Assembly (NCBI RefSeq): GCF_000002075.1
Contig: NW_004797309.1
Coordinates: forward strand, 1,360,971 to 1,424,837
DNA: 63,867 nucleotides
Direction: 5' to 3'
Source: Aplysia californica
Lineage: Eukaryota
The stretch's first letter is position 1, and every line of letters starts with the position of its first letter. Positions 12,041 to 25,521 of the stretch are shown one piece after another. The notes beneath the pieces were generated by a model, which made no database searches, was not told the DNA's origin, and saw only the letters and a list, made by a program, of their open reading frames with translations. Made by a program: the position numbers and the translations under genes.

Positions 12041-15000
12041 GTGAGCCTATACCTGTCACGTGTTATAGACTATGCATACGATATGACTTGTCGAGGTCAG
12101 ACGTCGTGGAGTGACGTCAAAACTAATCTTAAAGCAGTGGAGGCTCACAATGGCCTTCAGATGCAAGTCGAATCTTTTCACTTTATGATATATTAATATT
12201 AATGACTTTTACGACACACAATGTCGATGCTCAAGTGTTATTGTTTTAATCATGCCTATTAAACAGATGTAAGCATAATTATATTTTACCGGCATATATG
12301 CAGTATCGATTAGCGCACAAAACGTGGGTTTGATTCCTGCTTTTTAAAAAAATCAAGTGTCTGCATCTACACTGCTTGGACACTGTATTCCTCCCAGCCC
12401 ATGTGAACCCTGGCACGAAGGGTTGAAGCAGCTACCTACATGATCTAAATAGTGTCGTATTGTCATAAAATAGAAATATTATTTACCCTTTTAGAAATAG
12501 TCACATTCTGAATATTTTGAAAAATATTTTTTTTACAAACTATAGAAAAGAAGAATGCCTTTTATAATGATTGCTAAACACTTTTTTATTAAACTTTCTC
12601 TTTCTGTCACTTTCATTTCTTATTTCAGTTTTTCATAGTAATATTTTTAAACGTATCCATAGCAAAAATAGACTTCAAAATGAGGTAATTTTTTTAGAAA
12701 GTATATGCAGTTATTTTTCATCAAAGTGTCTTACGATAAGGGCCATTCCCCGTGTTCCAACAACTCACCTATATACAACCCCGTGTTCCAACAACTCACC
12801 TATATACAACCCCGTGTTCCAACAACTCACCTATATACAACCCCGTGAATAATGCCTGACGAGGCAGAACCTTTTATTCCCTTGAACGTAAGGCAAGGAT
12901 TTAAATTTCTTATTTGAATGTCGACAATGACCCCATCAGTGGAATCGACTCTTTATCTTAGTACGACTACAAAAAAGTTTCCAAAGACGGATGTGTACGA
13001 GTTTTGGGTCACAGTATCGATTACAATAGATATTGATGATCCGTGTGATATTATGTTTTCATTAAAGGTATTGTCACTTGATCTAGATCCAGTATGAGTT
13101 TTAAAAATCAAACGGTATGAGCAGCCTGTGATCTCAATTCACTTTTTAAGTTTTCCAACCTCCAAAAATATTTCTAGTATTTTTTTCCTTTAGAACATTA
13201 ATGAGTTTACAGAACCAGAAGGTGTTATACAGGCTCATGACATGGCTTATTTTGCAGTTTTATGTAAAATAAGGCAAAGTGTAGATGTGTTACACAATGT
13301 CATGATTCTTTATACCAGTAGGTTGCCAATGTGTATACAGTTACGGTCAACTTGGTGTCTTTGTTGCTTACAAAATATATGTTCCACAGAGTAAATTTTA
13401 CTCGGGTGGCGACCTAAGCCTACTCTTATCGATTTTAAGACCATAAAAGGAACATTTAACGTGCGCAACTTGCACACGGGACCTCCGAGAAGACTAGATC
13501 TAGGTGTCAGATCTTGTTTAAGGGAGACGAAAGCAGATGGCCGAACATTGTTAGAGAGTAGGAACGAAGGTGAAGGAAGATTTTTAAAAAGAAAATTTTC
13601 CGTCGATGTCAGGTTTCAACCTATTTAAGAGGAAAGGCGAACACCATAACACCTAGACCAAAAGGGCTATATTGTTTTTGGATCGTATTTTATAGGCAAG
13701 GGCTAAAGTGTGGTGTTGATCAAAATAGATCAACGTTTTAATATGGTGTATGCTGTTAACCTTCCAATTAAATTTGGTACCCCCTTTAGGCTTACATTAA
13801 AGAAATATGTCGGAACCTTCATTTTTTCAGTAATGAGCTTTTAGATTCTGTTGGTCATCTAACTTTTAGACCCGCATACAAAAACCCGAGAAGAGTAAAC
13901 AAAGCGATTGTGTTCAACTCATTTTAACTGCAGTCAGGCGAAAATAAGCTAGTAATTGTGTTCACATTTCCTACCCGCTAAACATTTTTGCTGTACTTTC
14001 AACCTCCACCCCCACCCCATGAAAAAGACATTTTTTGAAATGTGCTTAAAATGTCAATATCAAAGAAGCTTCTTTATTGCATAGTTGAATGTTCGAGTCA
14101 GGAATCTTGACTTATTCTAAAAAGATCAAAGGAATTCGCCCGTTTGAAAAAAACTTTCAACATGCAGATTACAATACATAAGGGCGGTCAAAACTTGTCT
14201 CTGGCACTTGAAAAATGGACCAATAGAAACACATTTTCCCTTCCCAAAAGGGGGTGGGGTAGTTCCTATGCACAGTAGAATTGTAAATAGGCTGATTTAT
14301 CAATGTCATGTTCATACTGTGCCGGAACAACATGGGTGGAACTGTTGCTTTTTCTTTCTTCATCCTTACTATCGTCATTATTCCTCTACTTCTTTTATAT
14401 GTTTGTCACTCTGTTGTGAACTGGTGTTTTCGGGGTGCTTGATAGTCGAAGCGGACTTTGTGCTGTTGAGGCTAGAGAGGTGAGAAGAGTAAGCGTGATT
14501 CCCCGTTTGGAGTCCTCTGTTTACATCCACCCCTTGGCGCTCATTAAAAAATATGACCTTATGCAGTTGCAAGCGCCGTAAAACCTTTCTAAAACTAAAC
14601 ATAACACATTTTCCCAACTCCAAATTTGAACCTTTTCATTCATAACTTGTCTAGTGACATTTTATTCGGAAATTGATTGATCCCTGTTCGTGGCTTTGCT
14701 TTCCTTCTTTATTAACATTACAATATATTTGAGCCAAATTTCGCCTTTTAGCTTATTCGCACTTTTTAAAAAGCGATTTAGCTAGTACAAGTGTCTAGAG
14801 AGAAAATCTACGTACTAGTGTACATGTTACACAACTTTATATTTTGATATTTGAGCTCTGAAGTATACTCATACCGGAATTTTTAACTAAATAGTAAAAG
14901 GCACGGCTTCTTGTAGTTTCAAAGAGTTCAGTTTTTCTATTCAAGTTTTTCCAAACAGTATGTAACCGAATAAATACTGATCAATATGTATGAGCATAAT

Positions 15001-18000
15001 ATATCACAATAGATACCTTCTAAAAATCTACAAGAATCTTGAATTTAAGAAATGGAAATGACGAAAGGGCCTTCACTGTACTATTTCATATAAGCAACAA
15101 GCCCCCTTTTTGACCCGTGGATTTCTGTTGTGACATTTCCTCTGTCTGTCTGTCTGGCTGTCTAGCTGTGTGTCTTTCTGTTTCTCTGCCTCTCTGTCGC
15201 TCTGTCTACAAGTCTGTCTATTTGTCTGTCTGTCTACCTGTCTACTGGTCTGTTTATTTTTCTGTCAGTCAGTCTGTTTTTTCATCCAGTCGTAGGCCTG
15301 ATTATACACTTTAAAGACTCATCCCGACTAAACTTTTTTCACTTTGGGCCCAGACAATCCAATAAACTCCAGGTTACAAGGTTTTCTTAATAGCCGACAT
15401 CTACACTTCCCTCTAAAAATTAGTTGACCTATCCAATAAAAAGATTTTAGAGTATGGATTTTAGCCTGCAAAAAATTACAATTCGAGAAACTAAAAAAAA
15501 TGTGTGCAAATGGAATACACAAACAGAAGTACACATTGTGTTTCCGGCGTTGAAAATGTGACAATGAATTTGCAGGTTCAATGGATTTTAGATTCTGCCG
15601 AAACTTTAGATTCTGCACCATATCAGAAAAGTCTGTTTGTTTTGAGCATTGCAGGAGGAATGCCACTGTTGCCGCTTGTTCAATCCTCACCCCTCACCCC
15701 CCCCCTCCAAAAAAAAAAAGAGAAAAAAATGAACTTTTTTCTGCGTGCATCTTGTTAGATTGTATTCTAAACTTCGAAGTCGTTCAGCAAACGTGTGGTG
15801 GGGGAGGAATGAAACTGGAAAAAAATCTAGCCAGGTAAAAGTATTCAAAAGCTACGTCTCAGGAAGGCGTTGCAAGAATAGATTACTTCAGCCCTAGGAT
15901 TTTACAGTAATTCAGCCTCCTAAACTGCCTTCATTGGGTTCTTTTGACTTGTCTCAAGAAAGCTCCAGTAACACGATACTTAGAATCTCATAGCTTGTGG
16001 CCCCACCTACGTTGTCTCGGAAGGGCGAGGCAAATCTAACGTAACCCTTTTAAAAAAACCGGTTTCTTGTCATTCGCGTTGTTGGAGGTCTTTCTTCACC
16101 CCAGCATTTGTGGTCCTAGAGCCACCTGCTCGAGCGGCTTAGGAACAAACATGTCTCCACAATATCAAACATGTCTAGACAATATCTTCATGTCAGAATC
16201 TCTGCCGATTAGTCGGAAGCAAGTTCAGTTTACCCAGGTCCAAACTCTTACTTTGATTTCTGTTTACGTCCTTGCGCTAAAAAAGAATATGGATGGGCCC
16301 TCATCAGACCTAAACGTTAAAAACAACATTTTTTTAAAAAGGGAGGAGTTGAAATACTACATTCCCGTATTATTTTTTCAGGGAACATCTGTGGGCGTCC
16401 ATTGTAGATCATGAGCCAGGTAATTCAAATTTTGTAACATTTTAAAACATTTTGTATTAGGAAACAAACCAATAGCCAGAACTACCGGAAGGGTAGAAAA
16501 AATATGTGCACAACCACCGAGCCAAAGAAAAAATGAAAATGGTTTTAAAGCTAGCATAGTACTAGTGGGTTTGCTGAAAGGTGGTTTTCGTCGATAAATC
16601 ATGGTTGTTGCTATATTTTGTTCTTTTTACTCCATGAAGAAGATAATTTCCGTGCCGTTATCTATTACAGATATGAAATTAAATCCCTTTTCAGTCATTC
16701 GTGACTCACAAATGAAGAAACTTTGAGAAGGCAACGGAAGCTTGATTGAGACCACCTGACAATTTCCAGGGACAAGGATTAACCCGTAAGAGCTTGTATC
16801 AAATCTGCACCTCGCCAATGAGGACACAAAACTCACTGAAAGCTATGAAATGTAAGCGTAGCCCCAGTATTTTCAATGCAATACAAAGCTTGTTTGTAAA
16901 GAAAAGGAAAGTTTAGCTTTTTTGCGTATCAATTGCAAGCCTTACGTAATGTCCCATGTGGGCGTTTACCTGAAACTGACATATTTTACGGCGATACTTT
17001 AAGAACCTGACAAATGCTGTAGTCAACGCGTGCTTGATGACTCACGTACGCACATCGCTATGAAAGAATACGAATAAATGACAAAGCAGGTAAACGTTGA
17101 GGGAGGCGGAGAGGGGGGGGGGGGGGGAGAAAGAAAGAGAGGGAGAGAGAGAGAGAGAGAGAGTGTGTGTGTGTGTGTGTGTGGGGGAGAGGGTGTAGTA
17201 ACTTGATCCGGTCTTTTTCGGGGGCTTTGTGTTAGCGGACTTCCCATATGTGATGATAATTTAGCCTACGACTACCTACTTAGCCCTGGCATTTAACGGA
17301 TCCTCCAAGTTAAAGTTACTAGGCATACCCTTTGATTGACAGTGTCGTAAGCATGTAAGAAAGTAAATAGGGTTAATGGTGATGTTTCATTTGTGTTAAA
17401 CATTTGTGATGCATAACGATCAAAGATGATATGAGGAAACGATTAACAAATCTGACACCTATGATCGGTTACACATACCGGTAGCATGAAAAAATACTTT
17501 TTACATGTAGCCTATTCGACAGAAAGCCTTTTGTTTGCAAAACATCGAACAAAATGCATCCCAAACACGAGGACAACAACTCTAAAATGTGTTCCTTGGA
17601 CTCGTACGTAAAGAGTATTCCTTTTGTTTGCGGAACTTTTAAATTTATTGGGTCAATACAGGTGGTCCTTCAATCGATCACTGTCATAACACAAACGTTT
17701 AAGAGGTACGCGACTATAAAGCAATGTGTAAGCGAAAGCCAAACGTTACATCTGTACTTTTCAACTTTTCAGGGATCCAACTTGTTGAGTCAGAGGTTAA
17801 ATCATTTGTGCGGGTTCTTTTTCGGAAAAGATTCGTTTTTATCGAAAAGCCATGCCTTTAATGATCAATACCATATAACAATTTGGTGTATTTTAAAGTG
17901 ATCCTGCAATTTAAAAAGTGTATTGGATGAACATGACAGGTTATTGATGAACAAATAAAGCTACGAATATTATATGTTTTTATTTATTTATTTATTTATT

Positions 18001-21000
18001 CTATTTTATTTTGGGGGGTGGGGTGGGGTGGGATGGGGAGGGCAGCTAGGCTGTTGGCATATTATGCTTCCAAAGAAGCTAAGATCACTGATTTGTTATA
18101 GGGTCTGTTATGCCTATAATATCCACTTTCCTGGGAGGACAATAATAACTATGCATTTAGCAGATTATGCAATCCAGTATTTGAGTTAATCTAGATTCTC
18201 ACTGTGAGGTCTATGGGTATTATCTGTCTTCTAACAACTCTTTGGTGAACTTACGGCTTTTATTTATTTTAACAAAGAAGACCTAGATTTAGATGTTTTG
18301 GCTTAAACATTAAAAAAAATTCAACTTTGATTTCAAAGGACTCCATAGAAATTCTGTAAGAGGAGAAAACCAAATGCTCTCTTTGATTGTAACCTAGATG
18401 TGAGAATATGGTGAGAGAGATGGAGGAAAAGGAAGAAAACGTGACAACAGAAAATATANNNNNNNNNNNNNNNNNNNNNNNNNNNNNNNNNNNNNNNNNN
18501 NNNNNNNNNNNNNNNNNNNNNNNNNNNNNNNNNNNNNNNNNNNNNNNNNNNNNNNNNNNNNNNNNNNNNNNNNNNNNNNNNNNNNNNNNNNNNNNNNNNN
18601 NNNNNNNNNNNNNNNNNNNNNNNNNNNNNNNNNNNNNNNNNNNNNNNNNNNNNNNNNNNNNNNNNNNNNNNNNNNNNNNNNNNNNNNNNNNNNNNNNNNN
18701 NNNNNNNNNNNNNNNNNNNNNNNNNNNNNNNNNNNNNNNNNNNNNNNNNNNNNNNNNNNNNNNNNNNNNNNNNNNNNNNNNNNNNNNNNNNNNNNNNNNN
18801 NNNNNNNNNNNNNNNNNNNNNNNNNNNNNNNNNNNNNNNNNNNNNNNNNNNNNNNNNNNNNNNNNNNNNNNNNNNNNNNNNNNNNNNNNNNNNNNNNNNN
18901 NNNNNNNNNNNNNNNNNNNNNNNNNNNNNNNNNNNNNNNNNNNNNNNNNNNNNNNNNNNNNNNNNNNNNNNNNNTGGTCATGACTAAGAAACAAAACTCC
19001 ACCAAAAAAACCCAAAAGAAAACAAAACAACGAGATTATTTTTAAAAAAACAACAACATCGCTGTCTGTTCATGAAGAGTTACAGGGTGGTTGGAAAATT
19101 GCCGCTGAACTAGCATTATTCATGAGCTGCCTTGACGAATGTCATGGAGAAGAATTGCCGAATCCTAATGAAGGACCTTGCGTAGCTGGCGAGGTGGGCA
19201 CTCCTGAGAAAGAATGCACGTTCCTTTTTTAGTTCGAGTCAATGTAAAACCGTATATTATGCGAGTATACTTCATGATTTCACATTTAAAGGAGTCTACA
19301 TAGTGCTGCATCGGGATATGGGTCAGAGAGGGTGTGGAGGGAAAGTGATGGAGGGCATTTATTTTATTTATCCAGGAGAAAACGAAGCAGTTCCATAATA
19401 TCTTTTCTTTTTTTCCACTACCACCACCAATATTACCACTACCATCAACACCATCACCACCACCACCACAACCACCACCATCATCATCAACACCATCATC
19501 AATACCATCATCATCATCGTAGATAAAAGCTTTAGTTGGGAAAGGAAAATTTTGCTAATTTTTCGTCCGTTCAATCCAAACAAATCAAATAAGGTAGTTC
19601 TTGAAGAACCTTACGTGGGCTGCTCGCTGATCGAAACAAATAGAAAGTGACAGCGATTTTCTGGTGCACTTGAACAGACAAAACGGCTTTGGACCTAGCT
19701 CTCACAGGTAATTTCGAGGGCAAACGAGGCAGGGTAGACCCATAGCAACTTACTTGAAAAGCCCAGACAGATGAATGAAGATGAGGATAAAAAGCCTGTA
19801 GCTAACAGGCGGTCTTGTGTGGTTTGCTCCCTCTTTCCCATCAAACATCAATCGTCCGAATCTCCCGTCTTTTTTATGTTTTTTTACTCCCTCGTAACAC
19901 CTGTAATAGCAGACCCAAGGCTATGTTTTGGTAGGTTTTGAATTGTCATGCACAAGTTAGAAACACAGATTCGCGTATACAGTGGCGTCCAAAAGAAACT
20001 TGAAAACATGATCACCAAAGCACGGTGTTAAAGCCTTCAATTACCTATTCATGCAGCACATTAATTTAAAGCTAAATAAATTCGGCATCATATGACACAG
20101 AAAAACTTCATAATAATATTATATGTTAAGAGACGCCCCAGATATGGTCACTCAAAATTGACCTTAAAAAATCATGCTAGGCAAAACTGTGCCAAACCAA
20201 AGAGACGTAAAATTGTTTTCACACGTGTATTGAGGAACATCAATATTGATAGAATGGACATAAATAACACATATCCAATGAATGGTGAATCTTGTTTAGC
20301 AATACACAATATTATATTTTGATAATTTATCACGACAGTTTCAAATAAAACGGAAAACAGAGGAATCTCATATACCACGCTTAACTTGCCCATTGTTATT
20401 TTGCCATTAGTTTTGTATAGTGCATGAGCCCTTTGGGCCTCGAATCTATTACATTTTGGACATAACTATCTTTCATTTCATCCCAAATGTCATAGAGAGT
20501 TGTAAACAAAGGGTCTGAATTGGGAGCAAAGTAGCTTTTCTTCAGCTGCTGTTTCATGGTACTTCACTCTTCACTTACCTGTAGGATTCATACCGGGACT
20601 ATTTGTGAGGCAACGTGGTGGAATCAGGCTCTTGTCAAAATGATCAAAGTGAAGAAACTTGCATTTTTCGGCAGGTTTGTGAATTTTTATCAAATTTTCG
20701 GTTTTTTGCTGAACGCCATTCATGCCCATTAAAAAACTCATTTCTGTGTGGATTTTTCTGAAAAACGTTGATTAAATTCACAAAAAATGTAAATTTTCAG
20801 TTACCACGGACTCCTAATCTAGGGAAATAACTAATCTTTGGCGGCCATTTTCTCACTAATTTTACCTCTGAAAACAGGTGACCCCCCACCTCCTTTATTG
20901 GCAAATATCTCGACTTGTATTCAAGATAAATGGATATTATTTTCATACAAATAAAGACAAGTTAACAAGCTTTAAGATGGTACCAATAACTCTACATGCT

Positions 21001-24000
21001 TCAACATTGACGAGAACCTGATTCCACCACGCTGCCTCACATTTACTGGTGACCACTCCGACGTTGATATGATTTGGTTTTCCAAGAATAGTTTTGTGGT
21101 ATTGTCCCTGTGAGAATGTTCCTTTCTATACATGAAGATGTCTACTTGAAGGACACCATAACGGAAATAAGTGTTTGACATGACGTTCCTACACTTGCGT
21201 GTTGCATTCCACTAAATCAAGCCATCCAGGGATTCTCATGAGGGCAGTTTTGTTAATTCCACCCCAGACCACCCAAAACAATGACAGTTTCGGGGCCTCT
21301 GTTCCTCACTGACATATGAGTTTGTCCAAAATGTAACTAACACAGTCCATGTGCATAAAAGATTTCGTGCTCGACACGAAACCAATAGCACCAAAACAAA
21401 AACAAAATTAATTATAATGGGCACATGTTTTGTTAAGTCCCGGTTTTGTGTCCCATTTGTAACTGCTGTATTCTCCAATCTGTTTGAAAATATCACCAGA
21501 GGATGATGTTTATTGGAGAGACCATAATATTCTCATTCCATTTGATATTCAATGCATGTCCATTCCACCAATGGTAATGCACTTCATGTCAATATACGCG
21601 CGAACACACTTTTGCGTTTCTCTGATTTCGCACAATTTTGCCAAGCCAGATTTTTAAAGGTCAAATTTGAGTGACCATATCTCGGGCGTCTCTAAACATA
21701 GTTGAAATATTAAAGTGTCACATGATGCAGAATTTATTCAGCTTTATACATTGGTATGTTGCATGAACTTGTAGTGTTATTGTATAACATGATTTTTGGG
21801 TGATTACATTTTCAAGTTGTTTTTTTGGACGCCATTACATACGTGTTGTCACTTGCGACCTTAAGTTTTTGATGAAGAAAACAGTATGTAATTAATTGAC
21901 AAACCGGTATGAGTTAAGAATTTACGTTTCTTTTTAAAAATGCGCCAACGCATCGTGTGTAAAGTCTTGCCGAGAGACCAGATCAACGGCCCGGTCAATG
22001 AGGTAGACGTGGGCTAAAGTATAGAACTGTATGAAGCGTCTTTGCCCCGTCGAGGGTAAGAGAGAGNNNNNNNNNNNNNNNNNNNNNNNNNNNNNNNNNN
22101 NNNNNNNNNNNNNNNNNNNNNNNNNNNNNNNNNNNNNNNNNNNNNNNNNNNNNNNNNNNNNNNNNNNNNNNNNNNNNNNNNNNNNNNNNNNNNNNNNNNN
22201 NNNNNNNNNTCTAGTAAGAAGATTTTTGAAAGAGGGGAGCTCCTACATAGTTGGTTATTATTTTTGTTTGCTTGTACATGTAGATAGATTAAGAGATGTC
22301 ACAATTCATTTTCTGTTTGTTTTTTTCTATAAAAGTGATTATGAATCTTGCCAAGCTATCGTAATTGAAAGCACAAAATCTTAAGTAATGAATTTACAAC
22401 TGGTACCATAGACACATGCTTCACGAAAACACCAGCATGTTAACTCTGTTCTTTATTATGTGGATGCGCCGACTGATATTGTGTTTCTAAATTATGTTTA
22501 ATGTTTTTGTGTAAGCAGTACGTCAGACACCTTTAATTGATCTTAATTTTATTGCTTTTCACCCAACATTTTTTTTTTATAGCTGGCAGCTGAATTTGCT
22601 ACTCTTAGGTGAGATATATACTATCGATATTTAGAGCAGTATACACCTGCCGGCAGTTTACATAAATGATGTATCTGATTTGAAGGCTTTCAAGGATATT
22701 TCCTAAGTGTCCTGACAATAAGATTAAAAATATCGGCCCAGCCAAGTATTAGAGTGAAATAAAATGTGGCAAGTATTTTCGGTTGATAAAATGGAACAAT
22801 TAGACCAGTAGTCACTTAACCCATTGGCCTAAGTTTTCTTTAAACTTTAGGTCGAAGACCTTGAATTGAGATTGCCGCTGGATAAGAAAATGCCATGTTT
22901 TTACTTCCAACAACAACAACAACAAAAAAACCCACCTCAGCAGCAGCAACGCCACCGCCACAATTACCACCACCACCATCACCACCCTCAACAACAACAA
23001 AAACAATGCAACAACAGCAATAATACCATCAACAAATGCAAACTCTTGACAGGGAAGGAGGAGGGGGGGAGGGTGCTCGTTAAAACTTGGACAGTGTGAT
23101 GTATATGATACCTACGACATTTATTATTTTGTCCCGCCATGTCTTTTGTCATCCCAGGGGTACGAATGACGTTTTATGGTGAAGGCCGCGTTGAGTGGGC
23201 AGAAGGATCACCCGTGCCACACATGAACCGACTAGCCAAGCAGCGTAGGAAGGCCTGGAAGAACGTCAGAACGATTGCAGACACCGAGATCTACTCAAAG
23301 ACCACAACTATCCTGTATGGGGCTGGTGAGTATAAAGAGAAGATAGCATTAGGAGAAGACTCATTGCCATGACAAGAACAACTTTAGTGTCATTTTGGTA
23401 CTTGAGGTAAAGTGACAGCTTACAATCTTGTAACTTATATATTATACAAAGGTTCAGTTGATTGTACGAAATAATATCATTTTCAACTTCGTCAATTTAA
23501 TTAACCATGTCAACCTCATAGACGAAATTTTGGGTCGAGCAAGGGAAGTGCTTAGCGCTACCTTAGCCTCTAACCGTCAGCCCAATACTCATTACCTGGC
23601 GGAAAATGGGGGAAATAGTATGGTAAAGACTAAATGCGCAACATCCTAGCTGCTGGAAAGGGGAATCTTTCGTCTTTTGGCCATTACACGGGTGCCCATT
23701 GGGGTGGGTCTTGAGCAAGACACAATATCATCGCCTCAAAACAGGTTCATGGAAACTGACGACAAGCAATAGTATATTTCAAAAAATATTTTCTCTATTG
23801 GTGTGATACCAAACGCATGCTTTTTACCAATGAGAATTTCCCTATGTGAGCATAATGAAAAATGTATTCGTTTCAGGTACTTACTAATTGCCGCCAGTGA
23901 TAAAGTAAACGGAATTGTCAAGATCAATATCACTTTTGTTTGAAAAGCAGTAAATACAAAGGTTCCAAAATATTATCTTTTCATTAAAACAATTTTGAAC

Positions 24001-25442
24001 ATCACATGTCCAGCCAAAACATTTTTTAAGACCAACAAAAAAAGCTTCTCGGCAGGAGCAGACCACATTTTCGAGTCTATTAAAGGTAAATGTGTGAATA
24101 TAATATTTGGCAAATACAGACTGACTTTTTTTCCAGCAATCCAGCGACGCGGAAAAGTTTACATCGCTCAGATGACAGTTCCGTGGCCGACATTTTATGA
24201 GCATGTAAATTATGTCAACTGAAGACGACTCCAAGATGAAATGACACATCAAAGAGAACGAGTAAAGCTCCCCCTTAATGTTTCTAGGATCAGACAGAAC
24301 GGAAAGAAAACGTTTTATCTTTGTCTCCCTCCCTCAGAGGAACTCGATTTGGGGTTATTTGTATTATTGTAATGATAATAATAATAATGATTCATAAAAA
24401 TAAAAGTATTAATAGATCTAATAATGATAATAATAAGAGTAGATGTAATAGTAATAATTGTAGTAGTAGTCGTAGCAGGAGTAGTAGTAGCAGTTATAGA
24501 TGCTGGTAAACTTACCTTGTATCGTTCTCCGCTATTGCTCGGGGATGAAAGTAGCATCCTAAATTCATGCTTTTTTGTCCCTTGCACATTTCTATGATAT
24601 TGACGCCATCTGATTAGTAGAAAAATGTGCGTATGAGAGTGCCCAATAATGTATAAAGTGCAAAATTGTTATGATATATAACTGTTACATATAAATGTTT
24701 AAGATAATTATAGATGTTTGTGAAGGATCTGAGAGCAATGATGACCTTAGAAATGACGGTGATGGTGGTGATAAGTGATTATGTGGGATGGTGCTTACGT
24801 TTATAATTATAAGAAAACAATATGCTTGTTATTTGATTGTTGTTGTTTGTTTTTTTAAAAATAATGTTAGCGTTAGTCCTATCTTCCTCTGCTCTGATGA
24901 GTCACGAGGGATGTGGGCACCCGCTATCCCGTTCCCTACTGGAACCATCTTTAATGTCACCGTGAAGTTCCGAAATGGTGGGCACAGTCTCTGCTATGGT
25001 GACCTTGTTAGTATTAGCCTATTCTAGCGGGCCAAGACAAGTGAAGGGAGGACCTTAGTAGGTAGCTAGTACAGTGGCAGATATTATTTTTGGGGTTTCG
25101 TAAGGGGTTTGCAGGTAGCAAGTTCACAATTGGGTTAAAGACTTAATACATATTTAAATGTGAAGTTGCGCAGATCCCGACACAGGATCCTCGAACCCGA
25201 GTCGAGAGGGAACAATTTACACACAATATTGTATCCCTTCGCCTCAGGGGGAGCGGCCTCAAACTCCACAATCAAGCACCCTGTGTCTGCATCTACACGG
25301 TTTCGTCATATATTTGTGTAATTTCCAAAATGACGTTTGAAAATGAATCTTAAATTTGACAAATCATTAACTGTGTGTATGCTACCAGCTAAATCTAGAT
25401 AGATGTGCTTTGGTTGGAGAAGTTACAGTCTGACAATAGTGG

Positions 25443-25521
<79 letters not shown>

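Noticed and set aside
12748-12847. CRISPR-sized 31-bp repeats
   Set aside because: No spacers, no cas genes, eukaryotic intron.
19332-19526. Poly-His ORF (and poly-Gln/His ORF at 22866-23099)
   Set aside because: Intronic trinucleotide simple repeats without splice support.
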